Shown here piece by piece: positions 27,308 through 37,019 of a stretch of DNA of 64,000 bases. Under the pieces are notes generated by a model, which was not told the DNA's origin, did no database searches, and was given only the letters and a program-made list of their open reading frames with translations. The DNA comes from Ostreococcus lucimarinus. Lineage: Eukaryota. The position numbers were made by a program, and so were the translations under genes. The stretch lies in NCBI GenBank assembly GCA_000092065.1, contig CP000585.1. One strand, written 5' to 3'. Each line of letters begins with the position of its first letter. The stretch's first letter is position 1.

Positions 27308-28102
27308 ATGGAAAACATCGACGCGGTGGAGGTGGTGGAGACGCTGGCGCGCGCGTGCGCGGCGAGAGGTTTGGACGTCGTCGCGGCGTGCTCGGCGGCG
27401 GATTACGACGCGGCGGCGCCGGAGACGGCGAGGATCGGCGCGAGGGAAGACGGACGCGCGACGTCGCCGTTGGTCGCGTTGATTGGAAATTCGAAAGCGC
27501 TGTGGCCGGCGTTCGCGGACGCGTTGGCGAGGGATGGGACGATGACGCTGGATGAATATTGCGAACGCGTCGTTCGCGACGCCGCGGCGGACGCGATTGA
27601 GGTGGCGCGCGGATTTAAGCGACGTTCGGGGGAGGATTCGTCGAGTAGAGTGCGAATTTTTTGGGCGTCGGACGTCGAGGAAGGAAAGGTGATCGCCATT
27701 CAACGCTTGGCGCACGTCGCAAACTGCGCGTGGTTGGATGAGAACACGCATCAGTCGATTCATCCGCTGCACGGGCCGTGGTGCGCGTTTCGAGCGGCGG
27801 TGGTCTTTGACGACGTCGAAGAGCCGGACGAAGAGGACTTGCAGCCGAAGATAGAGAAGTGTCCGGTGAGCGATGAGACACTGGCGAACGCAAAGGCGGC
27901 GTTCGACGTCGCCGTTGAGCGATTCAACGCGACCGACGGGAAAGATCCCGAGCAGTGGCGGTTGTGGCTCGCCGCGCGAGACGCGATGGGTGGTGGTGCG
28001 TTTGCGAAAGAGCGATATTACGAGGATCAAATCCTTTGGCATTATGACGTCGATCGAGAGGGGGTGCGTAAAAGGCTGGCACGCGGCGTGAAAACGGTGT
28101 AG
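27308..28102 (+). CDS. MMACHC: MMACHC (CblC)-like cobalamin-processing protein (cyanocobalamin decyanase / alkylcobalamin dealkylase family).
   Basis: The ATG is at 27308 ([10 protein letters not shown]...). [20 protein letters not shown] matches human [65 protein letters not shown] matches human KILAQTAAHVAGAAYYYQ...[33 protein letters not shown] matches human ERYSEEQKAYF. Confidence 0.6.
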   Translation: [264 protein letters not shown]

Positions 28103-28129
28103 AAAATGTGTTGTAAATTCTATTAAGAG

Positions 28130-29380
28130 CTATTGGAACTTTGGCAGCACCGAGCGCTGAAAATCTTCTTCCCAGAGCGCGCGGCGACCTTCCCACGCCT
28201 CACCGAGAGGCGGTGGATGAAACCAATAATTGAATGCAACGTGTCCTTCGCCTGCATCTCGGCTCGAGACGTCGTGGAACCATCCCGTGGGTAAGTACAG
28301 CGCTTCGCCAGCTTTCACGGTGAACTCCATCGCCGACGCGGTTTTGAAGAGAGGAAATTCATCGAGACGGTCGTAATCGATCCGGCTAAAACTCGGTGGG
28401 TCCTCTTCGTCATCATCGTCTTTTCGTTTTTCCTCTTCGGCCGAATCGTCGTCGGAAGGTTCTGGAGTTTGATTGAGTTCATCGTAATCATCGACGCCGT
28501 CAAAGTCGGCGAAATCGTCGTCGCTACTGCCGATCGCCGGTTCGTCTTCATCTTCGTCGCCGCGAGCCTTGCGCAATCTAAACTCCAACGCGGACTCCCC
28601 CGTGGCTAATGCCACATCGCCATCCTGAAGCGTGCTCGCGCCTTTGTAATTAATGAGCCCGTTCTCGTGCACCCAACATATCTTCCCAGTCGTGTACATG
28701 CGTCCAGCGTCGCGCGGAGAAAACACTTTGAAAGTCTTCTCGCCTCGCACCAACACGTACAAATTGTCGTGATAATCGTGATGCAGACCGCTCGACGTCG
28801 AGGTCGAATTCCTACCCATCCATAAATTCACATCCGCCGGCACGAGCGAGCGAGGCACTCCTTTCGGACGTAACGGCAGCTTCCCTTTGCTCGACTTCGC
28901 CGTCTCGCTCGCCAACAACCGTCCCGGCGCCGCAAACGGTTCCGCCTTCCCTCCCGCTGAGAGATACCATCCCCCGTCTCGCGCCTCGTACTTATCCATG
29001 AACGCATCGAACGTCATGGATTTATATTTTCCTCGTCCGAACCGTTCGTTCGCGCCTTCATCGCGCGATTCTACGCGCGACGTCGACGCGTCGCCGCCGC
29101 ACGCGTCCCGCAGAAAAGCGTTTGTCCACATGTTCGCCCCCGCGAGATCGCTCTCGTCGCTCAGGGCGTCCGTGAGGATCACCGGACGACGACCGAGGAC
29201 GTATTTCGTCTCGAACGCGTCGGCGTCGAGCGAGGCGTAGCGCACGCGATCGATCTGAGGTGGGTTTCCGTGGTCGGGGACGGCGCAGCCGGCGTACTGA
29301 TTGAGAAACGCTCGAAGCAGCGGATCGTCGCCGACGGCGATTTTGCGGCGTTTCGCGCCCGAGCGAGATTGGTGCGACAT
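28130..29380 (-). CDS. JmjC-domain (cupin) protein, probably a 2OG/Fe(II) hydroxylase of the FIH/JMJD5/JMJD7 type.
   Basis: The ATG at 29380 is verified (MSHQSR...). GLHHDYHDNLYVLVRGEKTFKVFSP gives the HxD. ...GEALYLPTGWFHDV gives the distal His. An acidic insert reads DEDEDEPAIGSSDDDFADFDGVDDYDE. Confidence 0.6.
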   Translation of the reverse strand: MSHQSRSGAKRRKIAVGDDPLLRAFLNQYAGCAVPDHGNPPQIDRVRYASLDADAFETKYVLGRRPVILTDALSDESDLAGANMWTNAFLRDACGGDASTSRVESRDEGANERFGRGKYKSMTFDAFMDKYEARDGGWYLSAGGKAEPFAAPGRLLASETAKSSKGKLPLRPKGVPRSLVPADVNLWMGRNSTSTSSGLHHDYHDNLYVLVRGEKTFKVFSPRDAGRMYTTGKICWVHENGLINYKGASTLQDGDVALATGESALEFRLRKARGDEDEDEPAIGSSDDDFADFDGVDDYDELNQTPEPSDDDSAEEEKRKDDDDEEDPPSFSRIDYDRLDEFPLFKTASAMEFTVKAGEALYLPTGWFHDVSSRDAGEGHVAFNYWFHPPPLGEAWEGRRALWEEDFQRSVLPKFQ

Positions 29381-29474
29381 CGCACGCGATGGCGTCGGCG
29401 GCGCGCGCGCCGACGCGCGGCGCGGTGAGCGAAGTGACGTCTATGAAGAATCAACTATAACAACTCGCTCTTCG

Positions 29475-31907
29475 CTACGCGACGAAGACTTCGTCGCCGA
29501 GGAGAGAACGTAAATACGACGCTTTCTCTTCAATGGTGAGCATGTCGCCCCAATCGGCGTAGGGAACGATGACGACACGCCAACCCCATGATTTTAAAAG
29601 ATTGTTGCGCATGACGGTTTGACCGAGCTCGCGAAGACGACCGGATGCGTCGCGGCTGTAGTGATGCGGACCGTCGACTTCAACGACGATTCGCGAGTTC
29701 GGGAATACGATATCAGAACGAATCTTGCCGCCCTCCACGAGCGCTTCAACCTCAAAATCTTGCGCGCCAATTTCGCGGAGTACTTCGCCGATGTGATGCT
29801 GAACTTTGCTAATCGTCGGATCTTGAGCCTTTGCGCGGAGCCAGGCACGCTCGCATTCGTCGGCGACGCCATCCGTGACGCCAAGGATGAGCTCTTCGAA
29901 CGGCTTTCCCATAGAAGTGAGACGCGCCATGTAGAGAGAGCATAGTTGCGCATCCTCCAAGTCTTCCGAACTCGTCAAAGCACCACCTTGAAGTTTGACG
30001 AGCGCGTGCAAGACACGCACGACACTGTCTCGCGCGTCTTCCAGTGAGCCGAGCAAAACGAGCGACCACAAAGCCAACACAAAGTTTTGCGGTTTGAACT
30101 GGGACGCAGAACCTCGAATCTCGTCTTCAATCCGCGCGAGTAAAGCATCATGAGGCTGTGCGCACAGCGTCGCGTGCGACCATAAAGTCATGCTTATCCT
30201 GTATGAGTCGAAGCGATCAAGCGTCTTCGCCGAGCTTACGCCGATGAAATCGAAAGTTTCGTCCGCGAGCATGTACCTAAGCCTCGCGAATACGCGCAAG
30301 AATTCGGTGAAATCTTGCGATTCAAACGCATGCGCCGATTTCATGAGCTTGTTTTCGAACTGTAACATCATCTGTGGTCCCGGATCGTAGTTACTACTCG
30401 CCAAAGCCGAGCAAACCATGAAGATTCCAACTGGTGTAAACTCTTCCAGTTTTTGCGAGACGCAAAACATGGCGTGCGTAAACACTCCGAGTCCTGCCAA
30501 GTTTAGCGTTCCAAATCCGTACAATAGGTTTGATAGATTTTTTGCGCTCGCTTCTTCGATTTTATCGATCGCTTCTTCCTCGAGCCGTCGAACAAACTCG
30601 TCACTGGGCCGATGCTCCAGGTGCGCGAACGCCCACATTACGTAGCTCAAATCGTCCATGTTGCACTTCGCGATGGAGGCCAGAAAGGTGTTCTCCAGAG
30701 CTACGATCGCGGATTTGAGCGCCGCTCGTGTTTGCGCACTCATTCGAAGATGCGAAAGCGGACTTCCGGTCTCGCAATTGTAGTGCGTCACCGTGACGTC
30801 GTCCGTGAACGTCGCAAACGATCCCGTGATCAAGGCAATTTGTTGTGGCTCCAATCGTTTGGCGCCGCTCGCTCGCCTCTCAACTACTTTGAATATCTCC
30901 ATCGCATCGTCGTCGTCCAGGTAGTAACCCGCGTTTGACAACCCCCAGAGAAACATCGCAAGTTCCGTGTTGTCGAATTCGTGCAGAATGGTGAAAGCAT
31001 TCGAGGCTAACTCTTTCAGGAAACCTTGAGTCCCCTGACGCACTCTCCGTCCGCTGATGCGCGCGTACGCCGAAGCGATGTTCGTAAGCTCTTGTGAACC
31101 ACACGATTGAAGTCGCATCTCGCGCTCGAATACATCTAGCATTTCCTCCGTCGGAATGTCTCCAAACTTCGTGAGCGCCCAAAACGTGATGCTCAATTCG
31201 AACGGTTTGTACGCACTCGCATTTTGCACAATGTGCTTTTCTATGGCGTTGCGAATGCCGTTCGGCATGCGCATCTCAAGCTTTGCGTACGCCCACGCGA
31301 CGTTACTCGCACCTTGTGGCTCGCATTTACTAATTTCTCTCTCAATAGCCCGCTCTAATTCATCCCAAAACGCATCTTCACCATGCAGATGTCGACCCCT
31401 ATCCAAGTACCCGCACGCCCACGCAATTTGCGCGACGGCGCGCGCCTTGGTTTCGCACTCCCCCAGCTTCTCCATCGCGCGCTCTTCGAGTTCGGCGAAC
31501 CATTCCGACCGCTTGATCTCTTCACTAACTTTCCCTCGTCCCCCTCGCGCGAACCTGGCCAATTTTCCGTACGTCGTCGCGACGTTTACCGCCGACATGT
31601 CCCGCGCGACGCGACGCGACGTCTCCGCCAACGCCTCCAACGTCTCACACGACATCAGCTCTTTATTCAACGCCACGCTCGGTCCGAACGCCGCTCGTCG
31701 CTCCTTCTTTCCCATTTTCTTCTTCTCCGCCGTCATCGGCGTCGCTCGCGTCGTCGGCGTCTCGCCTCGTCCCTCGTCCCGCGTCCCGCTCGACGTCTCA
31801 ACCGCCGCCGCGTCCGCGCCGCCGCTCGCGCGCGCGCGATCGGGCACGACCCGCCGCGCGCCGCGCCGCACGCGTCGCGTCACCGCGCGTCCGCGTCCAC
31901 CGTCCAT
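29475..31907 (-). CDS. RAP-domain protein with FAST-kinase-like helical repeats (organellar RNA-binding protein family common in green algae).
   Basis: FASTK-like repeats read NVAWAYAKLEM, ITFWALTKFGD and LTNIASAYARI. The C-terminal RAP domain reads IVVEVDGPHHYSRDASGRLRELGQTVMRNNLLKSWGWRVVIVPYADW. The start is uncertain. ATGs lie at 31736, 31907 and 32132; I chose 31907 and the R/A-rich N-terminus looks like a transit peptide. Confidence 0.55.
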   Translation of the reverse strand: MDGGRGRAVTRRVRRGARRVVPDRARASGGADAAAVETSSGTRDEGRGETPTTRATPMTAEKKKMGKKERRAAFGPSVALNKELMSCETLEALAETSRRVARDMSAVNVATTYGKLARFARGGRGKVSEEIKRSEWFAELEERAMEKLGECETKARAVAQIAWACGYLDRGRHLHGEDAFWDELERAIEREISKCEPQGASNVAWAYAKLEMRMPNGIRNAIEKHIVQNASAYKPFELSITFWALTKFGDIPTEEMLDVFEREMRLQSCGSQELTNIASAYARISGRRVRQGTQGFLKELASNAFTILHEFDNTELAMFLWGLSNAGYYLDDDDAMEIFKVVERRASGAKRLEPQQIALITGSFATFTDDVTVTHYNCETGSPLSHLRMSAQTRAALKSAIVALENTFLASIAKCNMDDLSYVMWAFAHLEHRPSDEFVRRLEEEAIDKIEEASAKNLSNLLYGFGTLNLAGLGVFTHAMFCVSQKLEEFTPVGIFMVCSALASSNYDPGPQMMLQFENKLMKSAHAFESQDFTEFLRVFARLRYMLADETFDFIGVSSAKTLDRFDSYRISMTLWSHATLCAQPHDALLARIEDEIRGSASQFKPQNFVLALWSLVLLGSLEDARDSVVRVLHALVKLQGGALTSSEDLEDAQLCSLYMARLTSMGKPFEELILGVTDGVADECERAWLRAKAQDPTISKVQHHIGEVLREIGAQDFEVEALVEGGKIRSDIVFPNSRIVVEVDGPHHYSRDASGRLRELGQTVMRNNLLKSWGWRVVIVPYADWGDMLTIEEKASYLRSLLGDEVFVA

Positions 31908-32154
31908 CGCCGCGCGCGCGCGCGCATCGCGCCCGTCGTCGTCGTCGCCGTCGCCGTCCTCGTCCTCGCGCGCGCGTCGTCCCGCCGCGTCCGCGCCGCC
32001 GTCCGCGCGCCCGCGCGTCGCGCGCGCGACGCCCGCGAGACGCGCGCCGTCCCGCGCGCGCCGTCCGCGCGCGCCCGCGAGACGCGCGCGCCCGAGACGC
32101 GCGTCGCGCGCGCCCGCGAGACGCGTCGACATCACTCGGCGTCGCGCAGTGCCG

Positions 32155-32194
32155 ATGCCGCGCGACGACGCCGACGCGCGCGCGAACGCGACGC

Positions 32195-32232
<38 letters not shown>

Positions 32233-35200
32233 TCGCGCGAACGCGCGGCGACGGCGAGCGCGAGCGCGTCGAGCGCGGGCTTGCAAGAATCGCGCGACTT
32301 TAAGTTTCCGTACGACGTCCGGGACGCGGCCGCGGCGCGCGAGAGACTGCCGATCGGACCGAGCGAGCGCACGCGGAGCGGAAAGCTGCGAAATGGGATG
32401 GCGTACTACGTGGCGGAGAGCCAGAAGCCGAGGGAACACGCGGCGCTGGCGCTGGCGGTGGACGCGGGGTCGGTGTTCGAGGGCGAGGGCGAGCGAGGGG
32501 CGGCGCACGTGGTGGAACACCTGGCGTTTCGATGCACGGAATCGTACGAACACTTTGCGATTGTGAACTTTTTAGAGTCGATCGGGGCGGAATTCGGTGC
32601 GTGCTCGAACGCGTACACGAGCATGGATGAGACGGTGTACGAGTTGACGATTCCGACGCAAAAGGCGGAAGTGTTGGCGACGTCGATGCATATTTTGAGC
32701 GAATTCGCGAGCGCGGTGCGGATATCGAACGAGGATGTGGCGTGCGAACGAGGGTCCGTGATGGAAGAATGGCGTTTAGGACGGGACGCGCGAGGACGCG
32801 CGGCGGAGGCGTATTGGAAGACGTTGATGGAGGGGTCGTTGTACGCCGAACGCTCGCCCATCGGATTGGAGGACTTTATACAAAACGCCGACCCGCAGGT
32901 TTTGCGAGACTTTTACGCCAAATGGTACCGACCTGAACGCATGGCGGTGATTGCGGTTGGAGATTTTCAAGACCTGGACGACGTCGTGAGCCTGATCGAG
33001 AGCACGTTTCAAGACTTGAAGCCGAAAGAAGGGCAGCCCGCGGAGAATCCAGTCATGGAACGACCAAAAAACTCCGCGATGGAGCATTCCGAACCGCGCG
33101 TCGTGACGCACGTCGATCGCGAGTTGAAGCAGACGGCGGTGACAGTGACGTTCAAGTACGCGAGTATTCCGGTGGACACTCCGCGCGGGTATTATTTGAA
33201 GACGGTCGAGGATATTTACAAGACGGCGCTCGATAATCGATTGTATCGCATGATGCGTCAACCAAAGCCCCCATTTTTCAGCGCGGGTGGCATCATCGAG
33301 GACGCGACGAGGACGACGACTTTACTCAGCGTGCAGGCGACGTGCGCGGAGAGCCGTGCGAGCACAGGTTTAGAGGCGTTACTTCGCGAACTCGCGCGTA
33401 TTCGATTGCACGGAATTTCGGAGCAAGAGTTGAAAATCGCCAAGTCGCGCATGCTCGCCGATACAGAGCAATTGTACGCAGAACGCGAGCAGACATATTG
33501 TGAGTCTGTTCGCGATGAGCTAGTGTGCCATTTCTTGCGCGGTGATCTCGTCATCGGAGCTGAAGACGAGGCGGCTCTTGCCAAGGCGTGCATTGAGCGC
33601 GTGTCACAAGAAGACGTGTTGGCGTTTGCGCGTCAATTGAACGTGCGTAACTCGTGCGTGATTCGCGTACAAGAAGGTAGAAAGCGTACAAGTGAAGATG
33701 ATTTGCGAGAAGCGATCGAGAATGTCCGCTTGAGGGAAATTGAGGGTGCAATTGACCAAAGCGAAGTGTTTGATATTCCCGAGGTATTGATGGACGCGAC
33801 TTCATTGACTTCTGGCACCATCGTCGGCTCGCGAGAGTTACCGGCGTTGGAGGTGAATGAGATCACCCTGAATAACGGTATGCGCATCGCCATTCGCGTG
33901 ACTGATTTTCTTGACGATCAAGTCCTCATACGTGGTGTCGCACGAGGTGGCCTTTCGGAGGTAGCGCAGATTGATTACATCGATGCGATGTGCTCAAACA
34001 TGGTCGCCAGCGAACTTGGCATCTACGGCCATCGACCGGATGTCTACGACGGTATCATAGCGGGTCTAAGATCGGACGTGCACGCCAACGTAACCATGTA
34101 TCGCCGTAATATTGAAGGTGAAACATCACCAGTGGACATCGAAAGCGCGCTGCAGTGCATTCATCTTTTGTTCACGCACGACGTGAGCACGACGAATGAT
34201 CCGGAAGTTTTAGAGACACTGATGCAGATGCAGGAGGAAAAAATTAGAAATCAAAGTCGAGACCCCGAAAGTAAATATAGCGAGGTCGTTCGCTCGCTCG
34301 TCTACGGCGAGTCGTACCATAGTCAGCGAATTACCGTCAAGTCGTTGCGTGAGATGGACAGCAAAAAGGCTTGCGCGTTCTTCGACGCTTGCTTCTTGGA
34401 TCCGTCTGAATTTACCATGGTTTTCGTCGGAGCGATCGATTCGAAGACACTCGTTCCGCTCATCGAAAAGTATCTCGGCTCGATTCCGCCGGCGTCACCC
34501 ACCAAGGTTCTCAAGGCCTTTGAAGGTATTAGTCAACGCAAACGCAGCTTGACACCGTTCCTGCTGAAGTTCCCGACGCGCGTCATCTCGCGCACTGTGC
34601 GAGCGCACATGCGGGAAGGGATGTCTAAGGCGTCGATTACGTTTCCCGTGCGCATACAAAATCCGGACTTTCACAACAGTCGCGGACGTTCGACGCTCTT
34701 GGGCGGAAAAGAGTTGACCGTGGCAAAGTTTAAGACGGTCATGACGGCGGCAATCATCGAGAGACGATTGCTGGCTTTGCTGAGATTTGAATACGGCGAG
34801 ATTTACACCTGCCACGCGGATGCATCGTTCGGCTACCAAGACCCGGATGTCGCTGGTGAAATGTACTCGGGCGATATCATGGTATCATTCTCGTGCGCTC
34901 CGGAGCGAGGCGCTCACCTCGCGGCACACGCCCGAGAAGTCGTGAGACATCTTCGCGAACACGGTCCGACGGAGGAAGACGTGCACGCCGTTCGCGAATG
35001 CGAAATTCGAGACTTTGAAGTCAGTCGACAAGAGAACACATTTTGGCGCGAGTATATCACCGAACTCTATAAATCGCGGATGATGCACAAGAGTATTCTG
35101 AACGGCGATATCGAAGCGCTATATCGAATGACTGAAGAAGTGCGAGAGGAAGTTATCGAGTCCCTCTCCCCGGCGGTGATTCGCGAGCATTTACAATGCG

Positions 35201-35376
35201 TCATGAGCATGAATAATTCCGTTACCGTCGTTCTCAAGCCGCAGCGATCGCTCTTGCGACGCATCTTCGTTCCATCGTTCGAAACCCGCGGAGAGGCGAT
35301 TTACTCCGCGGTTTACTTATCAGGAATCGCGCTCACTGCGAGCGCGATATATGCGAGATGCCACAAGAAGGACTGA
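32155..35376 (+). CDS. M16 (pitrilysin/insulinase) family zinc metallopeptidase, probably a chloroplast stromal processing peptidase (SPP)-like protein.
   Basis: The inverted zinc motif plus downstream Glu reads GAAHVVEHLAFRCTESYEHFAIVNFLESIGAEFGACSNAYTSMDETVYELTIP (HxxEH...E, with SNAYT as in SPP). Its large size, about 1070 aa from the ATG at 32155, fits SPP. The first 1 kb of the 1406-aa track ORF is antisense to the RAP gene and is excluded. Confidence 0.6.
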
Positions 35377-35402
35377 ATCGCGTCGTCGCGCGTTGGAATA
35401 CA

Positions 35403-36260
35403 ATGTTGGAATACACGATAATACCATACACACCACAACACGCCGCCACCATGTACGCGAGTCGTTTTAGTTCAATCATTCCCACGCTTGACTTCCACCG
35501 TCGCGGTATCGTCTCGCGCGCGTCGCCACGTTCAACTGTTCCCACGCTTGACTTCCACCGTCGCGGTATCGTCTCGCGCGCGTCGCCACGGCGCGGAGGC
35601 ATCTCAGGAGTCACTTCGGCGCACCTCAACGTGCACCGGCCTAGCGGTGGCGACGATGCCATGGACCGCGTTCAGATCTCGGATCCGGACCCGTTCAGCG
35701 CGAAGGCATCGGATTACATGTCAACTCCCGCAGCCTTCGTAACGCCAGAGCTTGAACTGGGCGACCCGATCGTCAAAAAGCTTCTGCGTTCCTACTCTGG
35801 CGTTCCGGTGCTCGATAAATCGCGACACGTCATTGGAGTGCTCTCGCACAAGGACATATCGGCCGTCGAAGTGCTCGAGAAGAGCAAGGTGAAAGATGTC
35901 ATGAGCAAACCAGCACACGTCGTGACGAGTGGTGCGAATCTCGCCCAAGTCTGGGCTGAAATGCTGCAGTGGAAGGTCTGGCGGCTGCCCGTGGTCGATC
36001 CAGTGTCGAAGCAACTCGTTGGCGTATTGTGCCGCTCGGACATCCTGACTCCGATACTGAACACTGCTGAAGACATTCGTACGCACGGTGAGGAAGTCGA
36101 GCGTGAAGAACACATGGGCATGCTCAAAGACGAAAAAGACGAAGAGGATGCGTTGGCCGATGACGAAGGAAGCGCTGAATTCTTCTCGGCCGACGCCGAC
36201 GCCGACGTCGTCGACGACGCCGACGACGACAACGGCGAGCCGTACTCGCGCACCCCTTAA
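35403..36260 (+). CDS. CBS-pair domain protein with an acidic C-terminal tail.
   Basis: Two CBS motifs are present: DYMSTPAAFVTPELELGDPIVKKLLRSYSGVPVLDKSRHVIGVLSHKDI and VKDVMSKPAHVVTSGANLAQVWAEMLQWKVWRLPVVDPVSKQLVGVLCRSDIL. The ATG at 35358 would overlap the M16 stop (35376) by 19 nt, so the start is placed at the next ATG, about 35403 (MLEYT...). The N-terminus carries a 60-bp in-frame tandem duplication (PTLDFHRRGIVSRASPR x2). Confidence 0.55.
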   Translation: MLEYTIIPYTPQHAATMYASRFSSIIPTLDFHRRGIVSRASPRSTVPTLDFHRRGIVSRASPRRGGISGVTSAHLNVHRPSGGDDAMDRVQISDPDPFSAKASDYMSTPAAFVTPELELGDPIVKKLLRSYSGVPVLDKSRHVIGVLSHKDISAVEVLEKSKVKDVMSKPAHVVTSGANLAQVWAEMLQWKVWRLPVVDPVSKQLVGVLCRSDILTPILNTAEDIRTHGEEVEREEHMGMLKDEKDEEDALADDEGSAEFFSADADADVVDDADDDNGEPYSRTP

Positions 36261-36421
36261 AATCACTCACTTCGCTCCGAACCGCGTTTACTCGATGCAC
36301 TCAATACGATCGAATGGATTGAAACGTCGACGCGCGCTCGGCGTCGCCCAACCGCCCGACCGTCGCCTCACACCTCGCCCAACCGTCGCCTCACACCTCG
36401 ACTCGCGCCGCCTCGCGCGCG

Positions 36422-37000
36422 ATGTCCATCGCGCGCGCGATTCAACACCTCGATCGATACGCTCAAAAAGATCTTCGCGCGCTCACCGCGCGCGTGCTCG
36501 AACCCGCGCTGCGCGCGCTGCCCGAGGCATTCGAAAACGACTCCGAGGACGCGCTCGCGCTTCGCGAGGCGTTCGACGCGAACGAACGCGAGTGCGCGCG
36601 CGTGAGCTCGAGCGCGAAGGATGTCTTCGCGTTCGCGGCGTCGTCGGGCGCGAGCGGGGAGACGTTGGTGGCGATGTTGATCGAACGCGGGGCGAGCGCG
36701 GCGTTGGCGAGCGCGTGCGGCGGCGCGTGGGCGTCGAAGGGAGAAGAGGCGCTGAAGCGGGTGAAATCGACCCCGTTCGGGGCGCCGAAAATAATGACGG
36801 ACGTGCAGTGGGAGCTGAGTCTGCCGCTCACGGGATCGGAGCAAGAGTTATTAGGGAGTTTAGACATAGAATTGAGCGAACCGACGCCGAGCGGGGTGAT
36901 GAAACGCGAGACGTTTAACTGCGAGTTTGATCGCGCCGGGCTCGTGGATTTCTTCCGCGACGTGGAGAAGATACAGACGCAAATAGATGCTTTGATGTAA
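36422..37000 (+). CDS. COMM-domain (COMMD-family) protein.
   Basis: The ATG is at 36422. The C-terminal COMM-like domain reads STPFGAPKIMTDVQWELSLPLTGSEQELLGSLDIELSEPTPSGVMKRETFNCEFDRAGLVDFFRDVEKIQTQIDAL. The assignment is moderate. Confidence 0.45.
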   Translation: MSIARAIQHLDRYAQKDLRALTARVLEPALRALPEAFENDSEDALALREAFDANERECARVSSSAKDVFAFAASSGASGETLVAMLIERGASAALASACGGAWASKGEEALKRVKSTPFGAPKIMTDVQWELSLPLTGSEQELLGSLDIELSEPTPSGVMKRETFNCEFDRAGLVDFFRDVEKIQTQIDALM

Positions 37001-37019
37001 CGTGAGCGTATTTACAATC

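Noticed and set aside
35358-35402. An ATG at 35358 as the start of the CBS-domain gene.
   Set aside because: It would overlap the last 19 nt of the M16 protease CDS on the same strand. I preferred the next ATG, but a short same-strand overlap cannot be excluded without transcript data.
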